64,000 nt of DNA from Bifidobacteriaceae bacterium (GCA_031270825.1 JAISXH010000032.1:3771-67770), one strand, 5' to 3'; numbered from the stretch's first letter, positions 1-12,300 are shown. A program made the numbers and translations. Notes: a model not told the origin generated them from the sequence alone.

Positions 1-494
1 GTGATCACCACGGTCGACTTCGACGGGTCGGCGGCCGGTCCCGGCGGCCACTCCCAAACGACCTCAACGTACGAGCCGTCGAGTTCTTCCCAGTCCCCTT
101 CTGGCCAGTCTCCGACGAAAGCCGCCACCTCGCAAGTCCCGGAGTTCGTCCCTTCGAGCGGCAATTCCGCCACCCCTTCCGGCGAGGTCGGGACAGCAAT
201 CGCTTGTTCTCCCGTGTACACCAGCGGGCACTGCTCGCTTGCCTCGATCAAGAAGGTAACGTCCTGGCCGCCGACCGCCACGCCAGACTCGTCCTCGAGG
301 TACGCGGTCAAGGTGTAAGATTCTCCCACCAACAGAGGGCCGCTCGGCGTCACAGCGAACGTAGAATTCTCGATCGACACGCCGTCCAGGGCATCTGCCC
401 TGGCCGTGCCAGCATTTCCAACGGCCGCCACGCCTATGACACCGACGGCCAGCACCAGAGTAATTCCACTCGCGAAAAGTCTCGATGAGCGCAT
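1..494 (-). CDS. Secreted Ig-like (Big_1/invasin-type) domain protein, N-terminal part; gene continues past the left window edge
   Basis: Not in the supplied ORF track because it has no stop inside the window. ATG at 494 with AAGGAAA about 10 nt upstream. My translation is MRSSRLFASGITLVLAVGVIGVAAVGNAGTARA/DALDGVSIENSTFAVTPSGPLLVGESYTLTAYLEDESGVAVGGQDVTFLIEASEQ... This reads as a Sec signal peptide followed by a module resembling those of the giant protein. Open to position 1. Confidence 0.7.
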   Translation of the reverse strand, partial: MRSSRLFASGITLVLAVGVIGVAAVGNAGTARADALDGVSIENSTFAVTPSGPLLVGESYTLTAYLEDESGVAVGGQDVTFLIEASEQCPLVYTGEQAIAVPTSPEGVAELPLEGTNSGTCEVAAFVGDWPEGDWEELDGSYVEVVWEWPPGPAADPSKSTVVI

Positions 495-813
495 AATAAA
501 TTTCCTTTTCACTTGGGCTATGGGTCACTATCACTCTACACGACTCTTGGAAACCGCCCAAACCCGCAGAGCAGCGAAATGTCAGCGCATCCGCGCGCCG
601 ACCACGAACGAGAATGGCTCAGGCATCTCCGGAATTGCGTAGAGGCGAGCGGTCGGTAAACGGCATCGATTGCGGCCTAACCAAAGGGCGTGCAGACATC
701 GGCGCCTCTTCGACGGCATCGGACAACGGCCGCATAGTCGCTGCCGGGCAACCCTGAGCGGCGGGAGGGGGCGCCTCCTGGACTCGGGGGGCGGCTAACG
801 CCAAGCTAGAGGG

Positions 814-2394
814 ATGGTATTGCCTGTTCAAGCGCCGGAGGGGCCGGTTCCGCTGCGGCGGCGCGCCACCCGAGGCCTCAAGAACCTGCTGACCGTGTAC
901 CCGGCCTGGGAGCCGACCCTGTCGGCGCTGGTGCGCAATCTGGCGGGGGTGGTCTCGGTCGGTTCGGTGGTGATGGCCACCGCCAACGGGCTGCTGGCGC
1001 TGGGGCCGGCGGCTGTCGGGATCAACTTGGTCATCCCCATGGTGATCTTGATGGCGGTGCTGCACATCCGCAACACCGGCCAATTCACTGGGGCGTTCAT
1101 CTCTATGATCGTGCTGATCTTCCTGGTCGTTTTCCCGGTCGCCTTCTTCGTTTCCGGCGGAGTGGCCGGACCGGTGCCGTACTACTTCTTCATCGGATTG
1201 GCCCTGACCTCGCTCATGCTGCAAGGGCTCCGGTTTTACCTGGCGGTGGGACTGGAACTGGTGGTCTTTGTCGGCTGCATCCAGTTTTCTCTGGACCATC
1301 CCTGGCTAATGGTCAGTATGCCGGAAGCCACCCTCGAGAAGACGCTGCCGCTTGGGCTTGGCACCATCGGCGTGGCGATCGTCTTGGCGGTGCACTCTGT
1401 GTACCGCTTCTACCTGCGGACGGCATTGGAGCTGGAAAGCTCCAACAAACGCCTCCGGGCGGCGGCCAAGAACAAGGACGCATTCCTGGCGATGTCCGCG
1501 CACGAACTCAAGACCCCCATGGCGATCATGTCCACTCACGCCCAAGAAGTTGTGCGCATCCTGAGCGCCGTGCCGGCGCCTTCGCCGGCGTTGCGCCTGG
1601 CCAAGCGCGATGTCGAGATCATTATGACCCAGGCCGAATCCCTGTCCGCGATGGTCTCGCAGTTGCTCGATATCAGCCGCATCAACGAAGGACGCCTGGT
1701 CCTGTCGCTCCGTCCCATCTCGCTCGGCCAGGTCATCCAATCGACTTTGGCCGAATGCGCCCCGATCTGCGCCCAGAACGGCAATCAGCTGCTGTTGGCC
1801 AGAGGCGGCGCGCAGCCCCGCGTGATCGGCGACGCCGCCCGCCTCAGCCGGGTCTTGATCAACCTCATCGCCAACGCCACCCGCCACACCCGGGGCGGGA
1901 CAATCACCCTTTCGGTCACCAAGGAGGAGCGCTTAGCCCGCGTGATCATCCAAGACACCGGCGAAGGCATGAGCCCCAAAGCCCTTGAGGCCGCCCTCAA
2001 AGGCGAAGGGCCCGCCGCCGCCTCCTACGCCCGCCTGCCCCACGCTCCGGCCGCCAACGACTCCTCAGCGCCTCTCCGGGATGGGTTTGGCTCGGCCCAC
2101 CTCCACGCCGACGATGCGGACCTCCCGAGCCCCGCTGTTCCGCCACCATCCGGGCCCGCCAGGGCCGCGTCGGCCGACGATCCCATCTCTTCCTTGGGCC
2201 TGGCCGACCTCGATCCGGACGGCGGCGCCGCCGTCTCGCTGCCGATCCCGGTCGCGGCTGGCTCGGTGCATGGTGGACTCGGCCTGGGGTTGCGGATTGT
2301 CCGCCACATCGTCGAAGCCCACGGCGGTTCTTTCACCCTCGAAAGCGAGCTAGGGCAGGGGACTCGCGCCAGCTTCACGCTGCCGCTGGCCTGA
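814..2394 (+). CDS. Sensor histidine kinase with multi-pass membrane-embedded sensor and an unusually long ATP-lid insertion
   Basis: 526-aa ORF with about six hydrophobic helices in the first ~200 aa. H-box SAHELKTPM, N-box LINLIANATRHT, G1 IQDTGEGM, G2 GGLGLGLRIV. The start is uncertain because an AGAGGG purine run abuts the ATG at 814. Confidence 0.85.
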   Translation: MVLPVQAPEGPVPLRRRATRGLKNLLTVYPAWEPTLSALVRNLAGVVSVGSVVMATANGLLALGPAAVGINLVIPMVILMAVLHIRNTGQFTGAFISMIVLIFLVVFPVAFFVSGGVAGPVPYYFFIGLALTSLMLQGLRFYLAVGLELVVFVGCIQFSLDHPWLMVSMPEATLEKTLPLGLGTIGVAIVLAVHSVYRFYLRTALELESSNKRLRAAAKNKDAFLAMSAHELKTPMAIMSTHAQEVVRILSAVPAPSPALRLAKRDVEIIMTQAESLSAMVSQLLDISRINEGRLVLSLRPISLGQVIQSTLAECAPICAQNGNQLLLARGGAQPRVIGDAARLSRVLINLIANATRHTRGGTITLSVTKEERLARVIIQDTGEGMSPKALEAALKGEGPAAASYARLPHAPAANDSSAPLRDGFGSAHLHADDADLPSPAVPPPSGPARAASADDPISSLGLADLDPDGGAAVSLPIPVAAGSVHGGLGLGLRIVRHIVEAHGGSFTLESELGQGTRASFTLPLA

Positions 2395-2407
2395 CTCGCC
2401 GCGCCGT

Positions 2408-2488
2408 CCGCAAGATGACCGTCCGCCTGCGTAGTCCGCACTTGCGGAATCAGCACAATCACCGTCCCCGTGCGGAATTCTGCGTGGG
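2408..2488. repeat. 28-29-nt repeat family: one good unit plus degenerate flanking units, filling the HK/RR convergent spacer
   Basis: ...caagatgaccgtccgcctgcgta...ttgcggaatcagcacaatcaccgtccccgtgcggaattc. Same core as the 22304-22450 array, in reverse orientation. Confidence 0.85.
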
Positions 2489-2489
2489 G

Positions 2490-3215
2490 TTAGACGAGGA
2501 AGGTTAGGCGTTGGAAGGCGTAGCGGTGGTCGTCGGTTAGGACCAGCTCGAAGGGGGGGTTGGGACCCAGGCTGATCTTGCGGCGAAGCTTGGAGATGTG
2601 CACGCGGACGGTGTTGGTGGGCAGGCCCGAGGTGTCGTTCCAGACCAGCTCGAGCAGTTCGGACTGGGAGAAGCCGCGGCCGGCGTTGGTCGCGAACAGA
2701 GCCAAGAGCTTCAGTTCGGTGGCGGTCAAGCGCAGATCGCGGCCGCCGATCATGGCCTGCCCGGCCAACAGGTCGATTCGCAGCGGCGGCAGCTCGATCG
2801 GCGCCGGGGTGCCCACGCCAGAGCGTCTCAGCAAGCTCTTGATCCGGGCGCTCAACACGCCCAAGTTGAACGGCTTGGTGATGTAGTCGTCACCGCCGGA
2901 CTCCAGGCCGCGCACCACCGAGGCGTCCTCGCCCAGGGCGGTGGCAAAAATAATCGGCGCCGAGGTCATGCGCCGTATCTCCGGCGCCAGATCGAAACCG
3001 GAGCCATCCGGCAGCAGAACGTCCAGGATGACCAGGTTTTGCGAATGCACTCTGAGGACCGCGCGGGCCTGGGCAATCGACCCGGCCACGGCCACCTGGT
3101 AACCCTCCTCCTCAAGATGACGTGCCAACACGCTCGCCAACTCGGCTTCGTCTTCGACAATTAGGATGCGCCCACAGTTGTCCGGGTTGGGGCCCCGCCG
3201 GTCTGCCTGGTCCAT
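2490..3215 (-). CDS. OmpR/PhoB-family response regulator
   Basis: 241-aa ORF. Receiver motifs ILIVEDE, ILDVLLPDGSG, ITKPF. Winged-helix C-terminus LTATELKLLALF...VRVHISKLRRKI. Confidence 0.9.
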   Translation of the reverse strand: MDQADRRGPNPDNCGRILIVEDEAELASVLARHLEEEGYQVAVAGSIAQARAVLRVHSQNLVILDVLLPDGSGFDLAPEIRRMTSAPIIFATALGEDASVVRGLESGGDDYITKPFNLGVLSARIKSLLRRSGVGTPAPIELPPLRIDLLAGQAMIGGRDLRLTATELKLLALFATNAGRGFSQSELLELVWNDTSGLPTNTVRVHISKLRRKISLGPNPPFELVLTDDHRYAFQRLTFLV

Positions 3216-3302
3216 TGTTCAATGGTATAGGCCGACCACTTGTTTTCGCGGCGCGACCAGCCCATAGGCACGGGCCCGCCGGCCGTCCCGAAGGCATGGA
3301 AG

Positions 3303-3340
3303 AGGGGGTGTGAAGGCTCCGTAGAGCCTTCACACCCCCT
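3303..3340 (-). terminator. Strong hairpin (17-bp perfect stem, 4-nt loop) 21 nt downstream of the giant gene stop
   Basis: agggggtgtgaaggctc-cgta-gagccttcacaccccct. No U-tract, as is common in high-GC actinobacteria. Confidence 0.6.
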
Positions 3341-3361
3341 GATTAGGTTGCTAGACCTCGC

Positions 3362-6300
3362 TTAGCTGGTCTCTTCCGTCCGCCGGCGCCGCTTGGCGGC
3401 CAACAGCAGGAGCAGACCGGCCAAGAGCAGACCCAAGGTCGCGCCAGCCATGCCAAGGATTCCGTCAGCGCCGGTGAACGGCAGTGTCGGAGCCTTGACT
3501 GGAGCGGGCTTCGGCGGCTCGATGTCCGCTGGCACCCCACCGCAGGTGACACTGAAGTCAACCGTGTGGACACCAGAGAGAGGACCGCGCAGCGTCAACG
3601 TGTGGACATTGCGGGGCGTGTTCTCCGGGATGACCCACTGGAAGACCACCGCTCCATCGGAATTGGCCCTGATCTGTCCAACCCGAACCTCGCCGGAGGT
3701 GACCGCGGTGATGGTCTCGCCCGGCTGGAAGTTCAGGCCGGTGGCGACCTGGCGATCACCCAAGCACAATGTCGGTTTGGCCAGCGCGATTTCGGGAATA
3801 CCAATACGCCATGGCCTGTTGATTACATTGTGTGCGGCATCCTCTTCGGTGATGGTCAAGATGTCGCCCTCGGCCGCCGCCGGATTCAGGTCGCAAGACC
3901 AGGCCCGGTTGGCGCCGACAACGGCCTCGCACAGGACGGTGCCCTGGGCGTCGGTGACCGTGATCTGGTTGCCCTGCTCTTCGCCGATGCCAGTGAGGGT
4001 CTCACCGGCGCTCGGATCCGGCACGGGCAGGATCGGCGGGGTCGAGTCGATCGTGGCCGAAACCTGATCGGAGACGTTGTTGGCCCGGTCTATCACCGTC
4101 ACTTCGACGATCGTGCCGTCGGGGATCGCCGGATCGAAGGTGCAGGACCAACTGCCGTCGGCAGCGACCTGCGAGCGGCAAAGCTCCAAGCCGGTGTCGG
4201 GATCGGTGACAATGACCGTCAAATCGCCGTTGGCGGCATCGCGCAAGTCGTCTGACGGAACGAAACCGGTGACCTCATCGCCGCGTGACGGTTCGAGCAC
4301 CGGGGTGCCCGGAGACACGCCGTCGATCACGATCTCCGAATCGTTGGTGTTGCCGGCCCGGTCAACAATCTCCACCGTCACCTCTTCGCCATCTGGCAGG
4401 CGCGGGTTGAAGGTGCAGTTGAAGGTGCCGTCAACGTTCACCGGGCAGGTGGTGACAATGTCGCCGTCCTCATCCCTGACGACCACGCTGAGGTCGCCGT
4501 GCGCCGCGTCGCCCAAATCCTCTTCGGCGACATGACCGGTGACGTTGGTGCCATTCGACTCATTCAGGACCGGATCGCCTGGCGGAACAGCGTCCACCAC
4601 GCGGTCGACCGGGTTGGACTCGTTGCCAGCCGGATCGACAATCACCACGTGGATGGTCTCGCCATCCGGCAAGGCCGGGGCGATCGGGCAATCGAAGGTG
4701 CCGTCTGGCCGCACCTGGCACCTGGCGACAACGTCGCCGTCGTCATCGGTGACAACCACCGTCAACTCGCCGTCGGCGGCATCGCCCCTATCCCCTTCTG
4801 GGACCTCGCCGGTGACGTGCGTGCCGTCTGACTCGTCCACGATCGGCCGGCCAGGCGCCACGCCGTCGGTGACCACGTCAACCGGGGGCTGAGTTTCGTT
4901 GCCAGCCGGGTCGGTGATGACAATCTCCAACTCGGTGCCGTCCGGAACACCCGGATCGATCGGGCAGTCGAAGGTGCCGTCTGCCCGGACCGGGCAGGTC
5001 GCCACGACAGTGCCGTTCTCGTCGGTCACCACGACCACCAGGTCGCCGTTGGCGGCGTCGTCGAGATCCTCTTCCGCTACCGTGCCGTCGACATGCTCGC
5101 CGTCAGACGGGTTGACGACCGGCTGACCTGGCGGGATGCCGTCGGTGATGATTTCCACCGGCGGGTCGGTGCGGTTGTTGGACGCATCTTCGATCACAAC
5201 CTTCAGTTCGGTGCTGTCCGGAACCTTGGGCACGATCGGGCAATCGAAGGTGCCGTCGGTGTCAACCGCACATCTCGCCAAGACGACGTCGTTCTCGTCC
5301 GTCACCACGACCTCCAGCTCGCCGGCGGCGGCATCGGCCCGATCCTCTTGGGCGACCGAGCCGTCAACATGGCCGCCATCAGACGGGTTGACGATCGGGC
5401 GTCCCGGAGGAGTCGAGTCGGTGAAGGTGATGTGGGCCTCAGCGGCGCCCCTGGAGGCGACCACTCCGTCGGCGACCATGATCGGCTGGCCGTCAACGGT
5501 GGCCGTGATGTCATGGGTTCCGACCGCGCCGTAATACGTGATGCTAGCGGCGATCGAGGCGATCAACGGGTTCGGAGCCGAGAAGTCGATCAGGCTGGTG
5601 TGGGCTCGAACCCTGGCGGGTCCGGTGACCTGGGCCGCGCCTTGTCCGGTCCGTGTTTGGGCCGGCACGTCGAACTCCACTTCGCAGGTGACTTGGACGC
5701 CACCAGCCCAGCAGGCGGCCAGGTTGCCGTAGGCGTCCCGGATCACCGCCAAGACGGTCTGCCCAGCCGGATCGTCCGCCCTGGCGGGCGTGCTTGGGCT
5801 GATCAGCTCGCTGTGCAGAGCTGACGGCGAACCACCGGCGAAGACCACCTGGCGGGTGAACACGCTCCCGCCCGGCTCAGTCGGCAGATCCACGCCGGCC
5901 AGTTTGGCCCCAATCAGGGCCGCGCCCGCCTGCGTGCTCACGATCTGGAAGCTGACCTGGCCGTTCAAGTCCGTGGTGAACGAGCCAGCGCCGCAACCAG
6001 CGCTGTTCGGCAGCGGAGCCTTGACGGTCACATGGGCCGGCAGGTTCGGGGCCACGCAGGCGCCGGAGGCCGGCTTCAGACCGGTCGGGGTCTGGCCCAG
6101 GATCGTGGCCGTCACCGTGTAGGAGGCGATGCCGTTGGCCACCACCGCTGGCGCAGACGGGTCGGTCTGCGCAACGGTGAAGGAGCCTTGGCTGCCAGTC
6201 GGCGACTCGAAGCTGACCGTGCCGTGGCCGGCATCGTAGTTCGTGTTCGACTGCGAGACGGTCCCGCTGACCGGGAAGGCGCCTTCGTAGTTCGACACGA

Positions 6301-9300
6301 CCTCGACGTAAGCCAAGCCCGGCGTGTAGACGCCTTCGCGCTTGCACTGGTCCGGCACGGCGGTCAAGTTCCGCTCACAGGACCGGACCGTGAAGGTCTT
6401 CGAGGTTGGCGGCGTGTTGCCGTCAACGAAGACCGGCGTCCCCAACGTCCCGGCTTGGCTGGCCGGCAGCGTGAACGTCACGTCCAGGCCGCCGATGCCG
6501 TTCCCGTACTGGTCCTGCACCACCACGCGCGCCCAAGAGCGCGTCGCCAGGTCGTTCAGAACGGCGGGCCCGTAGGTTTCGAAGGACCGCTGGGTCTCGG
6601 TCGGGTCGACCGTGTCGGGCTGGAACTCCGCTCCGAGGACCGTCTGGGACGCGACCGGATTCGTCTGGCTGCCGCCAACGTTGATCCAGGCGCCGTCGTT
6701 GAACGCCGCTTTGACCCAGACCCAACCCGCCTCGTTATTCGGCGCCGCGAACTCATAGGTGGCCACGCCACTGGCGTCCGACAGGCCCGCGTTCACCGTG
6801 GTCCAGGTGGCGCCGGAAGCCGGTCCGCTCTGAGTCCCTGTGGTCCATTCGAACCGAACGGCCTTGCCCGGAACCGGGCTGTCGTTCTCGTCCTTGACCA
6901 CAACCCGGGCCGTGTGCTCGTCCGTCCCGCCAACGACCTTGGTCTGGCCGGCGGTCGGGATGGTCAGCACCGAATGGATGCCCGAGCCCGTGCCCGGGAC
7001 GTAGACCAACCGAACCTGTCCATTCCGGCCGGCGATCACCTGCCCGGCGGCGTCCTTGACCGTGGCGATGGCGCCGACCGAGGCCGCTGGTTCGCTGATT
7101 TCGGCGGTGACGATGTAGTACTCGCTGCCGCCCCCCACGGTCGTGTTGGCTGTGGTCGACACCACCCGGATGCCGGCTTCACCGGCAACGATGCTGACTT
7201 CGACATCCCTGGGGCCGGCTCCGGGGCTGGGGCCGCCCACTACCGACACACCCGCCGGCACATGGAACTCAACCTTGCCGGAGGTGGCCGGGTTGTTCGA
7301 GGAGTCGAACGCTTTGACAACCACCAACTGCTCAGCGGTGCCGTTAGCCACCGCCGTGCCGCCCGGCTCCACCAACCACGAGTGATCGGCCTTGGGATCG
7401 CCGGCTTTGTAGGTGATGGTGAATTGGGCCGGGGCGATGGTCATCCACTGGTTGCCCGCCCAGACCTGCACGTCGGCCGTGTAAGTGCCGGCCACGTCGG
7501 TGTACAGGGCCCAGGTGTAGGCGCCATATGAGCCAGAGCCCGGCACCCCGGTGGAGCCGGTGGCGGCGCCGGAGACGATCTTGATGTTGGAGTCAAGCCC
7601 GTTCAAACGGACCTGGGCATTCGGCACCAGGATGTGGTTCGCGGAGTTGACCGTGACCGTGACCGTGTACCGGTCGGCCGGGTTGTCCACCGCCGCCGGC
7701 CAGTTGGCCTGGACCGAGGAGTCCGGCGTGACCGTGTAAGAGGATTGCGAAGCGTCGGCCGGACCGGAGTCGAACGACACCTCCTTGGGCGCGCCGGTCA
7801 CCAACTGGTTGGCGATCGTGGCCGAGGCGTTGAACGTGCCCGGCTCGTTCGAGGTGATGTACACCAAGGCCATGCCGTGCTCCGTGCACCAGGCCGGCTT
7901 ACCGGAATCGTAGAAGTCGCAGGTGGTGACCAACCCGGAGGCTGGCGCCGTCACCGGACCGGCCACGTCAGCGGCCCCTTCGGTGACCGTGAACTGCACG
8001 CTCACGCCCGCCTTCGGGTTGCCGTTGGCGTCCTTGGCGATCACCCAAGCAGAGTGCTGCTCGGTGCCGTTGGCCAAGACTTGGTTCTTCGAGGCGTCGA
8101 ACACCGACGCGGCGGCGCTGACCCCGGTCGGGTCGAACTGGAGCGACACCGGCGAGCCGGACACGACATCGCCGGAAGCTGGTCCGCCCGTGCCCTTCCA
8201 AATCCCTGCCCGGGTCGTGGTGAAGGTCGTCGAAGCGACGCCGTCCCCGTCGGTCTGCACGTTGCGCACCACTGGGGCGACACCCTGGACCAGGGTCAAG
8301 CCGTCAGGGGTATACAGCTGCAATGTGATCGCGATTGGCGTCCCGGACACCTTGACAGGATTGTCGAAAGCGTCCTTCAACTCCACCGTCACCGTGTAGC
8401 TGTGCTCCGGCAGTCCGGTCGCGTCCCTTGGGCCGGCCGGGGACTTCGAGATCACCGAATGGGCCAGATCGACCGGTCCGGCGACGAAGTTCACCGCCGC
8501 CGGCGAACCGCCGACGATCGACGCATACGTCCCGGACGTTCCCTTGCGCGCCTCGGCCGTCACCGAGTAGGGGCCGGCATGGGTTGAGACCAACCGCAAG
8601 CGGGCCTGGCCGTTCGCGTCCACCTGGACCTCGGCGTCGGTGCCCTGGACCAACTGGGTGTTGGCCGGGACCTGGAACTTCACCCAAGCGTCGAGGACCG
8701 GGTTGTTATTGGCGTCCTTCACAGTCGCCGTCACGACTTGTTCGGCCACACCGTTGGCTTGCGCGCTGGTGTTCGGCGGCGTCAAGAAGGTCTTGTCCGG
8801 GTCCAGACTGATCGGACCGGAGTTGAACACGATCTGCTTGTCCGCAACCGGGACCTTCTCGCCCGCGATCAAAGCGTTGACGGTGTACGTCCCCGTCTTC
8901 TTGGCGGTGAAGTGAACCGTCAACACACCGGACGCGTTCGACGCATACCGACCCGTCTCAGTGATCGCGAGCCCGTCGACAACCGTCGGAGACCAGCTGA
9001 ACTGGACTTCCGCATCAGAAGCGATGTTGTGATATTGATCCCTGGTGTTCACCACGGCGGTGTACTGCTGCACGCCGTCAGCGGTGATTGGGCCGGCCGG
9101 GGTGATGGTCCAATCCGACTCCGCGGCCACGGCCGCGTCGTTCCTGAACAACGCCGTGCCTGTGCCGACCAGCCGGTTGCCGGAAAGGCTGCCCGAGACC
9201 GTCACAGTGCCCTCGTCCGGCGAGGCGAACTTGACCTCGACCACGCCCGTGTCGGAAGTGACCTTGGTGCAAGTCCTGGGATCGCAACCGGTGGTCACGA

Positions 9301-12300
9301 AATGGGCGTTGTCCAGGTTGGTCAACGCGAACGTCACCGACTCGCCGCTAACGAGGTTGTCATTGGCGTCCCGGATCGTCAGCGTCGCCGTGTGCGTCGC
9401 GCTGTCGTCTGCCAGCGCCTTGCCCGCGCTCACCTGGAACGACGAATGCTGCGCGCTAGCCAAGCCATGCACGAACACCACGGTCCTGATGGTCTGGTCG
9501 TCAGGCACACGACCTTGGACCGTCCCCGAGCCGACCTCGGCCAAGATCTCGTAGGTGCCGGCGACCGGCTGCGTGAATGACCACACCGCCACACCAGCCG
9601 ACGTAGTCGGCACTTTCGGCCCTTCCTGCCAGGCCGAGGTGTTCTGCAACCGGTAGGAGAAGTACACATCCCGCGACGCCGTGAAGACGTTGCCAGAAGC
9701 GTCCTTCAACACCACCTGAGCGGTGTGCGAATCCACACCGGCAACCTTCGGCGGCGTCGAAGTGATGGTGAACTCCGAATCCGACAACGACAAGGCGGTG
9801 TTCACAAACTCCACCCGCGCCGGCGAACCGGTCGTGATGTCCGCGGCACCGATCTTCGCCGTGACATCGAACAGACCTGTCTTGGCGGATGCCAGCACCA
9901 GCCGGGCCGTTCCCTTGACGCCACCAGCCGAACCGTCCGAGGTCGTCACGGTCACAGTCGGACCGGCCACCAACGAGCCGCCGACCTTGGCCCGAATGTC
10001 AGTCGGGATGGTGAACACAACCGAAGCGCCCGGAATCGGGTTGTCATGCGCGTCCTTGATCTCGGCCAGAACAATCTGCTCATCCGAGCTGTTGGCCTGG
10101 GCCGGGCCGCCCGTTGGGCCAACCAACCGGCTGTGGTCCGCCGCCGGCGGGCCGGGCTGGAACACCACCGGCCATTCCCGCGGAGTCAACAGCGGATCGT
10201 CCTCACGCGGAACCGCGCCTGCGCCGATCTGCACGGCTATCTTCCAATCGCCGGCATAGGTGGTCTTGAAATCGAAGGTCGCGGTGCCGTCAGTGCCAGT
10301 CGTCACCGTGGGCGAGGACGCCGAAGCGCCGGCAGTCGTGTCCACCGGGGTGATCACGACAGTCCCCGAAGAACCCCTCAGCAGGTCCCCGTTCTCGTTC
10401 CGCAGGGTCACCGTCACCCGGTAGCCTTCGGCGCCATCCGCCACAGCATTGGCGGTCCCGCCATTCGGCGTCAACCGATCCACCCGGAACCGCGAAGTCG
10501 TGGTCGAGGCCGGATCGCTGGCGAAGTTCACCTGCTTGTTCGCACTCACTTGCTGGTCCAGCTCGGCGCGCACATTCACACCCAGCCGCTCCCAGACCGA
10601 GAAGATATTGGCCGAAGCGAAGCCAGTCGCCAGCGACGTCACCGTCACGAACATCGGACCAGTCAAAGCGTTATTGAACTTCGGGCCGTTCTCTGTTTCC
10701 GGATACTGCAGCCGCAGGACCAGAGCCACGCCCGCGACCGGGTTGCCCTGCGCGTCTTGGGCCTTGACCCGCGCATAAGCCGGCGCCATTCCGTTGGTCG
10801 GCTTGGTGTCCGAATCGACCTCGAACGAATCCAAGGTCCTGCGCACATCGACCGGACCGGCCACGAAGGTGGCAGTCTGCGGCGAAGCCGAGACCTCGAC
10901 TCCTTGGATCGTGGCGCTGATCTCCCAATCGGTCGCCACCAGCGAAGTGAAGTCACGCGATGCCACACCGGCCGCGTTGGTCGCGACCGCCGGCCAGCTA
11001 CCAGTCACTTCGGCGCCGGCCAAGTCGGTGTGCTTGTACGAGAACACGACCTGGGCGGCGCCAGCGCCAACCAGGTTGCTATTCGAGTCGCGCACCACGA
11101 CCTCGGCCCTGTGCGCCTCGGCGCCGTTGGCGATCTTGGTTCCCGGCGTCCCCGCCGCTGTCGGGATCGACAACACCGAGTTCGCCGCCTCAGGCTGACC
11201 AGGAGTGAACACGATGTGGACCACGCCGTTGCGGTTAGCGATCACCGTGCCTGCTGGGTCCTTGACCGTGGTGATATCGCCAACCGAAGCCTGCGGCGCC
11301 GTCACCCGCGCCGTCACCCCGTAGTACGGGGTGCCCGGGTTGACGTTGGCAACAGTCGACACCACCCGGATGGCGGCCTCGCCAGCCTGCACTTCGACGT
11401 CCACGTTCCTGGGGCCTGCCCCTGGGTTCGGGCCGCCCACAACCGACACACCCGCCGGCACGGCGAACCGCACTGTGCCAGAGGTTGCCGGATTGTCCGA
11501 ATCGTCAAACGCCTTGACAACCACCGATTGCTCGGCGACTCCATCGGCCACCGCGGAGCCGCCCGGCTCCACCAACCACGAGTGGTCGGCCTTCACCACG
11601 CCGCCATGGAAGCGCAGCTCGATTGGCGCGCCGACCTGGTGGTATCCGGTGGTGGCGCCCACTGTCGCCCACAACTCGACGTGCGCCTGATAGACGCCGC
11701 CCGCGTTGGTCGTCACGTCCCAGTAGTAAGTGCCGTAGTGATCAGACGTCGCCTCACCGGTGATCTGCGGGTTGGTTTGATCCTGCGGAGTGACCGTGAG
11801 CACGCCGGCGCCGGTGTCGATGACCAGGCGGACGTTGGCCTTGTCGACCTTGATGTTCGCGATCGAAATGATCTCGGTGGTGATCCGGTAGCTGTCGCCC
11901 TTGACGACGCTGACGTCCGGGTCGCTATCGGTGTCCGGGACCACCCAACGGCTGGACTTGGACGGGTCCGGCTCCCCAGCGGAGAACTGAACCGACCTGG
12001 GCGAGTTGCCGACCAACTGCGTCGGCGCCGCCGAGGTGCCCAAATAGCCGTTGACCGCGAAGGTCCCGGGCTCGTTCGAGGTGATGGTGACCTTCGCCAC
12101 GCCTGCCGCGTCCGAACTGACCGTGGTCCCGGAGAGCGTTGGGCCGGTGATGGAGGTGTTGCCCGGATCAATCGTGAAGAACACATCTTGACCCGCCACC
12201 GGGTTGTCGAAGGCGTCGCGGACCACAACGGTCGCGTCATGGGTGTCCGCCCCATTGGCCAGGACAGCGCTGCCGGTGGTGGTCAAAGTCGACTTGCTCG

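Noticed and set aside
513-524. The 12-mer TTGGGCTATGGG is shared with the tRNA at 22589-22600, raising the idea of att-like direct repeats bounding a 22-kb island
   Set aside because: The match corresponds to the 5' part of the tRNA (positions 4-15), not the 3' end normally duplicated by integrases. It lies on the far side of the tRNA from the putative island. No integrase is present, and a single 12-mer match found post hoc could be chance.
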